From: Trichoplax sp. H2
Taxonomy: Eukaryota
Direction: 5' to 3'
Assembly: GCA_003344405.1 (NCBI GenBank)
Contig: NOWV01000120.1
Location: 124,001-188,000, forward strand
Length of the DNA: 64,000 bases
In this document: positions 43,026-55,100 of the stretch, in pieces
Layout: each line of letters starts with the position of its first letter
Position numbering within the stretch: position 1 is the stretch's first letter
Notes under the pieces: model-generated
What the model saw: only the letters and a program-made list of their open reading frames with translations
Told to the model about the DNA's origin: nothing
Databases searched by the model: none
Program-made: the position numbers and the translations under genes

Positions 43026-44285
43026 GTTACTACTCTTTCTAAAGAGCTAAGAGAAACTTGTAAAATGATACTTCAATGTTTAAATTTCGATATTAAATGA
43101 AGACTTTTATTATTATAATCAGTGTAAATTCAAAACACGATCTTCATTGCATAGAAATTATCCAAACGACTGTGTTTTAGGTAGATGAGTGTTATTAGTG
43201 TATTTATTCATCTCCGCTTTAATGCATCACCTTACGCCGTAAATTAAGCTTTCGTGAGATCAACAGTTTGAAGTGTTGGAGACCACTACATTTATGATTA
43301 CGAATCCTATGCTAATGAGCATAAAAAATATTTATTACCATAAATCTATTTCAATCTCCAAGTACAGTACACGATAGTCTGTACACATAACCCCGTAAAA
43401 TAGAATAGAGATGATTATTTTTACAAGATGTTAATATCTACTGTATGAAGATTGATATTTGCTTTGCTCATTCAGCAATCCATTGTAAGATATTTTAACG
43501 TTCCATAACAACATTTACGTGAGAATTTTAAAGCGAAATAAAAGCTATTTTGTATTCTATATGTTATTCAAAATACAGAAAAGAATACGTAAATCTTAAA
43601 GCAATTGAGGACTTATAGCATTCAGGTTTCATTGCCATAATAATTAATCGTTGTCATTGGAAAATGATTTTGTCTGTCAGGGTTAAGAATCGGATATAAT
43701 CAAGCTATCTTGCTAGACATTTTAGATCACCGTATACAATTATTACCAGCAAACTTAAGCCATTTTGCGTTTTATAGCTATGATGAAATGACGATAAGCG
43801 CATTAATGGCAGTATTAAACAGTAGTACTCTGAAATACGAGATAAACGCATAGTTGTAATATGTAACTTTTTTTACACGTTAGGCTTTACTGTTCAATCA
43901 TTATGATAGAGGACTAAGATACGGTAATTGAGTCAAGTCAATACATTTAAATAAATTTTCTGCCAGGTTAAACTAGCACTAAGCTACAGCCAATAAATGA
44001 ATCGTTACTTCATGTACTATTAAGTAGGCCTAGGTCAACTGAACGTTTATATATCTAACTACAGCACCAAAGTATAGTAAATTTAATAAATTGATCAGAA
44101 GGGAATGTACGTAGTGCGTCTCATTATTTAAATTACAATTATTAAAGACTAGGATTGATCATATAAAATTTTAAGGCGAGCTATTTCCAAGAAGCAATCG
44201 AGAGCTAAAGATCTTTACACAATTTTAGTTTAGATTTGATTCTATGCAACACTGTGATGATAAAACGATGCACTAAATTCTCGGC

Positions 44286-47200
44286 TTATTCCATTTTTGA
44301 CATTTCAAATTTTGTCGTCATGATTTCCTAAGCGAAGAATAAATTAAAAAGTTATTGGCCATATCGTAGCAATTAAACATAAATAAGACTAAGGCGATTT
44401 TAATGCATTCAGTAACCTCATCCGAGTCTAGTAAACTTGGCAGCCCACTATAAAATTAATTAATAAAATTTTGTCGATATTAAAATAATAGTAACAAAAG
44501 TCAATCACGTACAACGAAATGAAATTTTAAACTTACGCATCTCCAACGGAAGTTGGTATATTTTGCTCGACCCACTTCAAATCGTCCTCCTATGAAAATA
44601 GTATTTAAATTTCAGTACATATTCGAACATATCATGCAATTGCGCGTATCGATTTAGGCATACAGCTCTAGAAACAGTACGCGACGTGGACGAATTATTC
44701 ACTGATCGCATTTTCATTCCATCTATTTAAATTAAATAGAAAAAGTTACGTAAGGTTTTATTCTATTACTAGAGTATATATACATATACACAGTAATTAA
44801 TGAAAAAGAGCAATACAAACCGAAAGCTTCTGATAAAGCAGTTCCGGCCTCATCATCTTCGTCGAGATCGGTCAGAGGAGAAAATGCATATCTAAAAGAG
44901 TTCATTCACATGGATACTAGTCAGTTAATACCTCAGAAATTTGATGTAGCATTCAAGTCTATAGATGACTTTTATGTGTTAATAATATTCATTTAATTCT
45001 ATATCTTACACAAAAAAGAGTAACGGTTTAACAATTTCTAACAATTACCTTGAATTATTTTGCGTTGGTCGCCATAAGACCATAATCACTAATAAGATAC
45101 AAGAAAACAGAACATGCCAGAAAGCTTCATCTAACCATAAATCTCTCCAATCCTGCAGAAATCCTTAGTATTAGTAAAATAGTGAAGAGATAATATACTA
45201 CATCAAGTTGATGCAGTCTATTGTTTAGCTGTAGTTGTTCTGACTACACAAATTACCTTAATACAGTTACCAACTTGATGGGTTTTTATCGACCACACCA
45301 TGAAAATAACCGATACTGCAGGGTGGTAAGATTAATGTTTGTTGCATTAACGTATTATATTGTATACAGATATTCATATTAGCAGTTTAATATTGAGAAA
45401 ACATTAATTTCGTAAATATCGATACCTAGTACAGAAAATATCAAGGTATTAGTAAAGTGTCTGTAGAGGGTCAGCTTTATTTGATTTCTTCGCAACCGTA
45501 GAGTTCTTGTTGTCTTCACTAAGGACATAAATACTTACAGAATATTAAGGCATTAACAAATTATGACAAAATACTGGTTTAGTAGATACATTTTATAGTA
45601 CATCACGCTAACAACAGAATAAAAAGGATATCCACCAGCATATGCCAGCATCAACTAGAGCTAAGGGGAGGCTTGCAAACAATATCTTTTGGGTTGCTTC
45701 ACCTTTAGTCTGTATTATAAGATCGATAATAGGAGTCACATACATAGGTAATCTTCATTGAACGCTATTCAAGCAACACGGAGATTTTGTACTGTATAGA
45801 CAAGAATACAAACTTGTACTACACGCATCATGCTTTCTATCATGCTTAGAACGAAGTAAAGGCCGCCAACACCCAACACCCGATTCAACATTGGTCCTAA
45901 GCGTGGTCTAATAAATACGAAATATTTAGATAAAAGTGATTTGAAAGTATTGAAATATATCAGCAGCAAATTGAAACCAACTTTACGATTCCATAACCAA
46001 GACTGACGATGATAACCAACATTCTGGCTATTGTTCGCTTCATGCATGAGATAAGTTCAGCAAAAACCAATAGAGATTGATCTACCAATGCGAAAAGCAT
46101 ATGTGTAGTAAACGGTTACTCATTTTTAGCTAGTAGCTGTAAACATCTGCCGAAAACAGCAAGAAAATACACGTAAGTTAATCATACTAACTTGCTTGAC
46201 CAGATCCATTAGTAAAATTGTAAACAGAGTAGAAAACGGCTTTTTCAACCATACCTACATTAAGAATCACATCACACATTAAAGATTACATGAATTTGAA
46301 TGTATACCTTAAGTGTAATAGTACATTAGAAAAGGTAATCTATTTTTAATACCGAAAGCAATGACTCCACCAATCCAGAACTAATAGCGTAATACAAGAA
46401 AAAATGTCGTACCATTAAATATTAGTATTGATTAAATAAATATGTAGTTGCAAAATTGTAAAATTATATGACGCAACCATACTTGTATTCTTAGTAGATC
46501 TCTCCACTGACACGCGCACAGAATCAACCAGACGAAGCAATAAATACTATATATACTACACATAACCGCGTAGAACTGTGCCAGTAAAAATGAAACGTAA
46601 ATAATTATACGACTATGAAACAATTAAGAACCAAAACTAAGCATTGAGAACAAATTAATTTGAACAGCTACCGGCAGTAATGGGTATTCAGCCGAACTTA
46701 GATATCCAGTAGGATTTTTGGTAGATAGTTTCACTGTAACGTACATAAGAAGAATGGCTCAATTTTTAATAAATTATGTCTTAATGAATTAGCTAACTAT
46801 AGCTAAAAATACGTGCATACAAGTACAATTTTCCTATATAGCTACAGTTCGTATAATAATTCGACGAAAGATTCAGTAACTGTGTAAAGAGTGACGTCAT
46901 AACATAATTACAGTATCTCGGTCTTGATTTAGATATTGTATTATGGTATTTTAATAAAATTAAAAATTTGCTTCTCGTGAATATACATTACCTCCTACAT
47001 TAAAAGTAACATTCGAATTAGGGACAGGCTTGGATATTGCGCTTACAAATGGCGTAATTTCAATTACCACTATATAAACGCTTTCGTTGATTGTTTTCGC
47101 TACTTGGAAACTTGCCTTTTCAAAGTATAAAAAAGTATATTTTCAACTTCTCACAGTAACTAAGTACTCGTAAACGTATAATTTAGAGATAAAACGAAAT

Positions 47201-50200
47201 AGTTTAATGAAAAGAAACTAACTTTATAGTATAAATCCTATTAAGGAACTGAGTCAAAACATAGTAGAGTTAATTATTACCGATTTATTGTCATCAGTAG
47301 ATGTTACCTTAGTTGGTTCAGCTGGATTGCTATCATTGGTATTCGTACGTTCGTTATTAACAGCTCGAGCAGATCTACTTCCGTTATTAGTTGTCGGCGT
47401 TGTACTGTCATTTTTACCATCCACTGTAGCATGCGTTGCGGGCGGAGCAATCTATCATGATATTAAATATGAATAGATAAAATAACGAGTTAGTCAAATT
47501 GTGTAGCTCATAAACGAAAAAGTACTAAACGTGTTCAAGAGTTATCATTGAGGTATTACAATGGTCCTATCAGCACTGAATAGATTAACTTACTGTAGGC
47601 GCTTTGCTGAGTGCATGGTTCTACAAAAGTAATTGATTTTAAAATTAATACTCTAAAATTAAGACAAACCATATTACAAATAATTACAAAGAAAGCTACG
47701 TACGGTTAGTGAGATATCATCTTTACACTTGTGTACTTCAGAGGCATGGATTCTTGGATTCAAAGGTACATTTCCCATTAATCGCTTAACATCCATTTGC
47801 TGTAGAGAAATAAAGATTTATTTAGAATTATACCGATAAAAACAATTTAGTGTATGCAACGGGTAAAATTTTTATTTCTCTAAATGAAAGATATCATCCT
47901 AATTAATGCACAAGTTATTATAATTATATGTTAAATAAAAAGTATAGAATTACTACAACAAAATAAATATGGATACTGTCATGATTGGGCTCTATAATAA
48001 TATAGTTCTCGGTATATTAGACTCAAATACAGCACTATTACAACACATTTAATCGCAAGTTAAGTACTTGTTTTATAGATATACGCGTAATAATAAATTT
48101 ACTATTTTAGTTACAAAAAATACATGGAAATATTTTACGCGAAATAATACCATAAGTAGATATCCCTATAGAATTTAATGCTAGCGTAATTGCAATATCC
48201 AAGTGCGGGGGCATTCTAAATTCTATTCAATATCAGATACGCTATAAATGTTTAACATTGAACTGAAAGTAACTTTCACTGGCGTTTACACTGCATGGCC
48301 ATGATAATTGCTTTAACGGTTGATATTGCTTTCACTTTATTTTACAAATTTGAGCTCAAACACTTAATTGATCATATATATTACTGCATCATAATAAGTA
48401 ATGGTCTAATACAGAAAATCCTTTTTTACGTTATAATCTAATCTCTTAGGGTAACACATTATCGGTAAAATACATTCATATGCTCAGTTAATATTTCTTA
48501 TCAGACGTAAAATCAAATTAGATTTGCTAATAGTTACAGCGTACTTGATAGGCAGAGAATATTAATATTTGTAACGGTAACATATAATTTCCTAAAACTA
48601 TATATATGAAGTAATAAGCTTTGCAAAGAAGTTACGTATTTTAAAGTAAGCATTAGTAGCGATCAACAATTTTAAACTTTCACAAAAATGTACAACATAA
48701 GTCTGATTAGAGTGAAAATATCGACTTCTCAGCTAGGTAAAATAAAGATAAAAGGATCACACCATTTTCTTTGAATGCAGACATAAAGTAGACAATATAA
48801 CTGCAGTTGTATGCTAGTATGATTTAATGATTTACCGATTGTACTCCTTGCATATCATTGAGACATGAACGTTCTAGTAAAGACCATGAAAACCGGAGTT
48901 TTGCTTCTGAAGGTGTCGATTTGCAATCAGTGACTATAAAGATAGATATTGCCGTTTCTGATTACCAGCATTCATCATCTTAAATTAATTTAATATTAAC
49001 AATAACATAGCAATGACGAAAGTAAAAGTGCTTATTAATGTTATCCAGTTCGATTTTGTACTTTATTCTATTTTTGAATCAATTAGGGTCAATATGATAC
49101 TATTACTGCGTAAGATGATGGTGTATTGAGTATTCGTACCCAGAGTTAATGGAGTCAAATCAGATAAAGATTATTAGTTAGAAGTAATACCACTGTATAT
49201 TACGGTTGCAACAATGTTACAAAGTTTCAGGATACGACATAGGCAATCTGTATGTTTCTATTTCTTATTTTATTCAGACGCCACTATACTAAGATGTAGA
49301 TTTTAAAAGTGAGAAGTGGTGAAAATAAATTTAAAACGGGTAAAATCAATCCAAGAGTTTAAAGTGTGACGATAATGCTGTATTTACACTTTATGGTATC
49401 ACAAAGTTAAAGAAGATGAATATATCTTTCTTCTTTCTTCAAGTTAAGGTATTATAATATTATATTGACAGTATAATGTACATATCGTAATTGGAATAAG
49501 GTATAAACGTGACAAGCATTTAACGTGGAAAGGAAGAATGGTGTACAATATACGATAATAGAAGTTTGAAATTTTCTCTTTCCTTTCAATACTATGTTGT
49601 ATTGATATCTTTCTATTAAGAGATCGACTATATCGTGTACATACTTTTATAATGTAGACGAAGTTAAAGAATAAGTCTCGTATGGTATAGTAGTTTTTAG
49701 TTTTTAGTTTTTAATACTTTTTCATTTCTTTTTCAATACATTATTATATTAATCTATTTCAAATTTCCTATCAGGAGATAGGTAGCTTTCATGCTCTACT
49801 TTTAGTAAGATAAAATCTTTTGTAGGGCTTTCAAGTAAGTCGTGATAGTATGTTTAACAATTATAACATTACAAAGGCAAAGAATTTGATACACTCGTTG
49901 TAAATCTTCTCTTTTTCTCTTTCAATATTATATTATCGTCATGCCATTTACTTTGAGATAGAAAACTACTTGACAGAATTGACCTTTATTGGGGAGACGG
50001 TATAAAGTCATAACTGAAGAAGATATCTTATATTTATCCATCTATCAATATTAATATCTTATCCATACGAATATTGCAGTATGTGTGTAAAAATTATGAT
50101 TATAATTATAGACGATTTTGTCATAAGTACTATTACAGGTTAAAATTTCGACCAGTTTAAAATGGAAAGTTATAGAATAGAATAATAAACGTCATCAAGT

Positions 50201-51469
50201 TCTATATTATAGGAAATATCTTAATATCCAATTTTGATATAATTAATACAATATTAATTAGGATCAAAATAATTGATAATATTGAGGAAAAACTACATAG
50301 CACATTTTTAGGTAACTTACTATGAATACTAATGGAAGCATTGGCATATAACGATTTCTGCTGGATGAGGATATTCTTAGCCTAGAATTGAAAACAATGC
50401 AATTAACCAGGATTAGTGGATAATTACGCATATTCCCTTAGATTATCCACCTTGATGTCAATCTACATGAGTCTATTCCTTGATTGACGATTGAAAAGTA
50501 GTGAATTCGCGTCAAACGTATCGAGCGAGCCAGTACTCGTAATTTATTATTACATCATTAACATGGCAATGATAGAGATAGCTCTATTGCCATGTCTGAG
50601 ATGTCAAAATGTGGTTATTATTATTATTATTACATGTTACAGTATCCTCGGAGAAAATTTAGCCTAAAAAAATTTCGACTAATATAGGTATAGCGAAAGT
50701 AGTTCAAAATGGACATATCCCATTCTACAGTATTTGAAGCGGGTAGAACATGATGACACGCACTAATTCATCCTGAATATATATTCAAGGCTACAACATA
50801 GAATTGTTCCTGTGGTCATTCTCTCTCTATTCTATTTTTACAGTTGTTATCCAAGTCCATTCTTACTATGACGCAAGTTAACTACTGTATAAATGTCGAA
50901 CGAAGATTCTTGACTAGGTTGTAGAAAGGAGAGCGAGCAAGTGCAGCAATAATTCTATATAAATGAGACAGTTTTAGTGATATTAATAAAAATCATTGGC
51001 TTAGTTAATAGTTTTTGGAGTCTAATTTGTCCTACAATAGTGATAGCAATTTAATCTAGAATAGGTCATCATTAATTAGTTCAAGTGGAAAAGTCGTAGT
51101 GAAGTAGAATGGCGGCGTAAATATTGTTTGGCTAAGCGATGATGGCCATTTATTATGACAAGCCCCAAACAATAGAACTGAAACTATACTGTAGTCTATA
51201 TGCTTGATCGAAGCCCCTTTGCGTAGTCCGTTATCCTATGTAATGCTGATGCTTATGATTCAGTCAGCTAGCCATCAGTAAGATTAAAGACGTCAAATAA
51301 AAGCTCTACTCTATCGTTATCATGAATTCTACTCATAGTTTCATTAAGATACAACCTGATTAATCTTTAAATTAAAGATTCCTCGTTCTGGTAAAGCTAG
51401 ACAAGGTATTAAAAACGATGCTAAAATCATCCATTTCACCATGCTTAAGCTGCGCCATATGTAAGCCAT
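44286..51469 (-). CDS. TMEM87A: TMEM87 (GOLD-domain seven-transmembrane GOST family protein), multi-exon
   Basis: Exon 1 (51469-51356) has signal peptide [30 protein letters not shown]. Conserved blocks: [125 protein letters not shown] and [19 protein letters not shown] (TAA 44288-44286). Likely a single co-ortholog of TMEM87A/B. Confidence 0.93.
45535..45631 (-). other. U12-type (minor spliceosome) intron, 97 nt, with AT...AA termini
   Basis: Minus strand: exon ...TGC TGG TGG | ATATCCTTTTT ... TGCCTTAATATTCTGTAA | GTA TTT ATG TCC. It has the U12 5' consensus RTATCCTT and a CCTTAAY-type branch site ~10 nt from the end. The AA junction is the plausible boundary that keeps the conserved frame. 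Confidence 0.85.
49410..50060. repeat. Highly degenerate tandem array (4-5 copies, ~125-190 bp spacing) in TMEM87 intron 2
   Basis: Recurring pyrimidine tract + 'ttcaata..at.t..tatt' + 'gagat(a/c)g' at ~49435, 49585, 49733, 49921 and 50045. Confidence 0.55.
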
Positions 51470-52112
51470 CTTGGATGCGGTTCACCTCTGTCTTCACCGT
51501 CACAATCAAAACGGATTGAGGTGCTTGCAGGAGGTTTGCGTATACGCATGCGTATAGGATGAGATCATCCCATCATTGACGTCAACGTGGACGACCAATG
51601 AAAACAAAGGAATTCAATTTAAAAAAATAAAAATACTGTTTATTACTCTACTAGAGTAAGTGTTCTGTCGTGTTCTTAAGATCGGAAGGATTAGAAATTT
51701 TGTCGTTTTCATCTTGATCATTTTAATTGTGATATCGAATTTCAAGTGCTGGTTTTGGCTTTAGCATTCAAGTAATAGTTGCTCGTTTGCCAAAAACGAT
51801 TTTCATTTTTGTGTACTGTACACTGTACACTGTACAGGATAGTAGTGTAATCCCTGTTAGAACCGGAAATCTTACTGTACACTGTACTGTACACTGTACT
51901 GGACTGGAACTCGGTAACGGTCATTCAATTCAAATTTCTAGCTGACTTGATCGTTATAAACATTCGCATACTACAGTATATTGGAAGAATTTGCAGTAGG
52001 AATAACTATAATTGATATAGTCAGCTCAGACTGGATTAAATTCAACATTGTAAACATACGTCTTCTGTGTGCAAGCTGTAAATTTCAGCATTCTTGAAGT
52101 TCAGGAATCAAA
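51470..52112. promoter_or_regulatory. Compact bidirectional promoter of TMEM87 (minus) and NUSAP1 (plus)
   Basis: Divergent ATGs at 51469 and 52113. Contains palindrome TATACGCATGCGTATA (51541-56), CRE TGACGTCA (51577-84), CCAAT (51595-99), Myb-type TAACGG (51915-20), reverse CHR TTCAAA (51929-34) and ACTGTAC arrays. Confidence 0.75.
51812..51907. repeat. Two (CACTGTA/CTGTA)n microarrays in the bidirectional promoter
   Basis: gtactgtacactgtacactgtacag (51813-51837) and tactgtacactgtactgtacactgtactggactgg (51873-51907). Confidence 0.85.
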
Positions 52113-55100
52113 ATGTCCAATTTTGAGTCATTAGACGAACTGAAAGCTTTGAAACGACCGCAGTTGCAAAAGCTTTGCAAAAAACATGGAATTAAAGCAG
52201 CTGGAAAGGTAATGGAAATAGAAGACTTAATGAAATGACCATAAGCTATTTGGCTAATAATGTATAACTTCTGTTATCGAGTAGAGAGCTAGGATTTTAT
52301 ATTACTGAAATGAATAGTTGCTAGATAAACTGTACTGCACGTATTGAGCATGCAATCGCGTGGAGGTGTAAGCAAAAGATGTCATGAAAATCGAACAGTC
52401 TGATCATAAATGGCAAACTCCAAAAGCAGAGAATTTAAAATTTTATATTTTCAGGCATATTATACTGGTATTGATGGATTAAAGAGTACATATATATGTA
52501 GATCATTAGTTTGTATAATCAATAGTATCATAGTGGACCAACTACTACAGTCACTTCTGCAAAAAAATTTGGAGACAGGATTGTTCGATTGCAACGAATA
52601 AGTATACTTCAAATTATAATTAGTGATTGACCTGACTACATTCCATACCGTCGCAAGATGCAAAAAATATCTTAATATCCAAATTTTATGTACATGGAGC
52701 ACCTGACATTTATACTAATGTCTAATTCTAAAGTTTCTACGTTCATCATGATAATGCAAGACTGTATACATCTCTGTATTACTAATGCCATTGAAAAGAC
52801 GCGTGTAAAAGCATCTACATTTTAGAATAATCAATCTTAGTCTAATTGGTTTTTGTTTCGAAACACAGTAGATAACATAACTTATTTATTTTTATTTTTA
52901 TTCTACTATACAATTTCCTATTCACTATCCTATGATAATTTCTATCCGTTGTTCATACAAAATTGCATCTCATTTCTGCTTAAAGCATCATTGTACATTT
53001 TATGTGAAACCACAGTACAGGCAGTATTCTTACAATATTTTACTGCATATTCCAATTTAACGTCGGCTATATATTATTACTTCATTACCGTTAACTGTAT
53101 TCCATACTTATAAACATGCAGTATATGCTGTATATATACGTATACATACACATTTACGCCAAAATGTAATATTAATAGTTGTCACGGTTCGCTTACGAAT
53201 TTATATACCAAGTAAATTAAGAAAGTACTTTTAGATTATTGAAAGGTATCTCTACCGTCACTAATTATACGCGTATTTATTATTATCTTCAAACGTACAG
53301 TAGTGCTATAATTTGATCATGATACGAACGTAGACTCAATAGTTTATTACTTATATCATAATTATGTTTCGTTCAATTTAAAGAACACTTATTTTACAAA
53401 ATCTATATAGCAGCAGCACTTACATATACGGTATACGTACATTGTTGATCATATAGCAGAATTCATTCAAATCATCTAGCCTTCACACTTAACTTGGTGA
53501 ATCAAGGCTAATTATATATATACAATTAGCATGATTTGATAAGTGCCTTAGTAACATTATCTGTAGCTAACGATTCTCATCTATTATACTGTAGCTTATT
53601 CTTTTACTTTAAAACATTTTATTCCTAGCTTTCTGATGGCGTGGATTACGTATAACAGTGAAAATATAGAAATCTGCTTTAATTATAATCATTTAGCAGA
53701 CATAGCACTTAACATTTATAATTTGTATCAATAGGCTAACTTGTTAATAGTAACTCGCTAAAATAGATTATTGCAGTGAAAATAAAACCAAAAATCATTA
53801 TTGAACATAATTGTAATACACCCATAACACATACATTCTAATTACGCCATATTATCACTGTGTATTTTGCATTAAGAACATCGAATTGATAGCTGCCCTT
53901 AAGAGAATATTGCTCAAACCTAAAGTTTCCGGTAATACCTGGTAAGTCAACGCTCAACTTAAAGAATTGATTTCATAGATATCCGCGTTTCGACAATATA
54001 CTGTGCTGTCTTGATATTAGGTACTATAGGTATGCATGCAGCATAGGATGCAAGTAGCAGCTCAACTGCAGCTGTTACTTTACACCATACATTTTTCTGT
54101 CTATTTATATGTTACATACAGTATGTGTGTTGTATTGGTATTCCACACCATTAAGGTACTTATTAATTTTTTTCTTATGACGGAATTCTCTACCGTGAAC
54201 ATTCCTTCTATTCTCGAAGTACGCAATATAATTTAGTTGTTGAAAACGTACAGGAGAGATTTGAAGTATTTGTAAGTATCAGTAAAATGTTTGTTTGATT
54301 TAAAATTTAAAAATAATAATATAATAAAATCAAAGTAGAATCTAGTTTGCAATCAGTCTCAGCCCTCTCGCCGCCGAACCTACTATTTGATATACTATGC
54401 GATAACGATTCACGTTACACATAATATCACAGACACAAAATCTGGTGTGGTGATATCTTAGGCGGATAAACTAATTAATTTATCATCCCGTTAGACACAG
54501 AATAGCAATCGCCTAATTTTAAGCAATTTTGTTACAAATATTTCAGAATGGCAAGATTGAACCAGAAAGTATCTGCGATTCGACTACTGTACGTCGTCAG
54601 ACTTACGATAAGGATGTTAATCCTATCAGTTCTAAAGAGAATCAAGACCCTGTAGAACTTCAGGTAATTAACATCATAAATAAATTTGGCTGCTTTTACC
54701 CTTCGTCTTGTAAACTATATAATGCGCTATCCTATTTGCACTCATATGTTGCATAAATATTGTACTTATTCATGCCATTATTAGCAATTACTTTGCATCA
54801 AAATAAAACCATTAAAAAATGCTATTTAGGTAAAAGTTGTGAATGATAACTTATCTGTTGGCAAAGTTCAGGCTGATCTGATGATGGAGCTAGGTGAAAG
54901 AGTGGCTGGTAAATAGTGAATTGTAACTGATAAAAATATTTCATTTAGCACTTTTTCTTAGTTATATATTACTGCAGCATAATGTTAGTTTACTGGACCT
55001 TAAAAATATGAGATGCTAGAATAATTACACTCTCTTATTAATTATATTATGAACGGATTAGCTTAAGTTACTTCGTGTTCACAAAATACATTCTAGCTCG

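Noticed and set aside
51586..51599. ER-stress element (ATTGG..CCACG on the minus strand)
   Set aside because: Spacing is 4 nt, matching neither ERSE (CCAAT-N9-CCACG) nor ERSE-II (ATTGG-N-CCACG).
52209..53876. ORFs in NUSAP1 intron 1 (52410-52601, 52460-52702, 52853-53113)
   Set aside because: Low-complexity I/Y/F/L-rich translations typical of AT-rich non-coding DNA.
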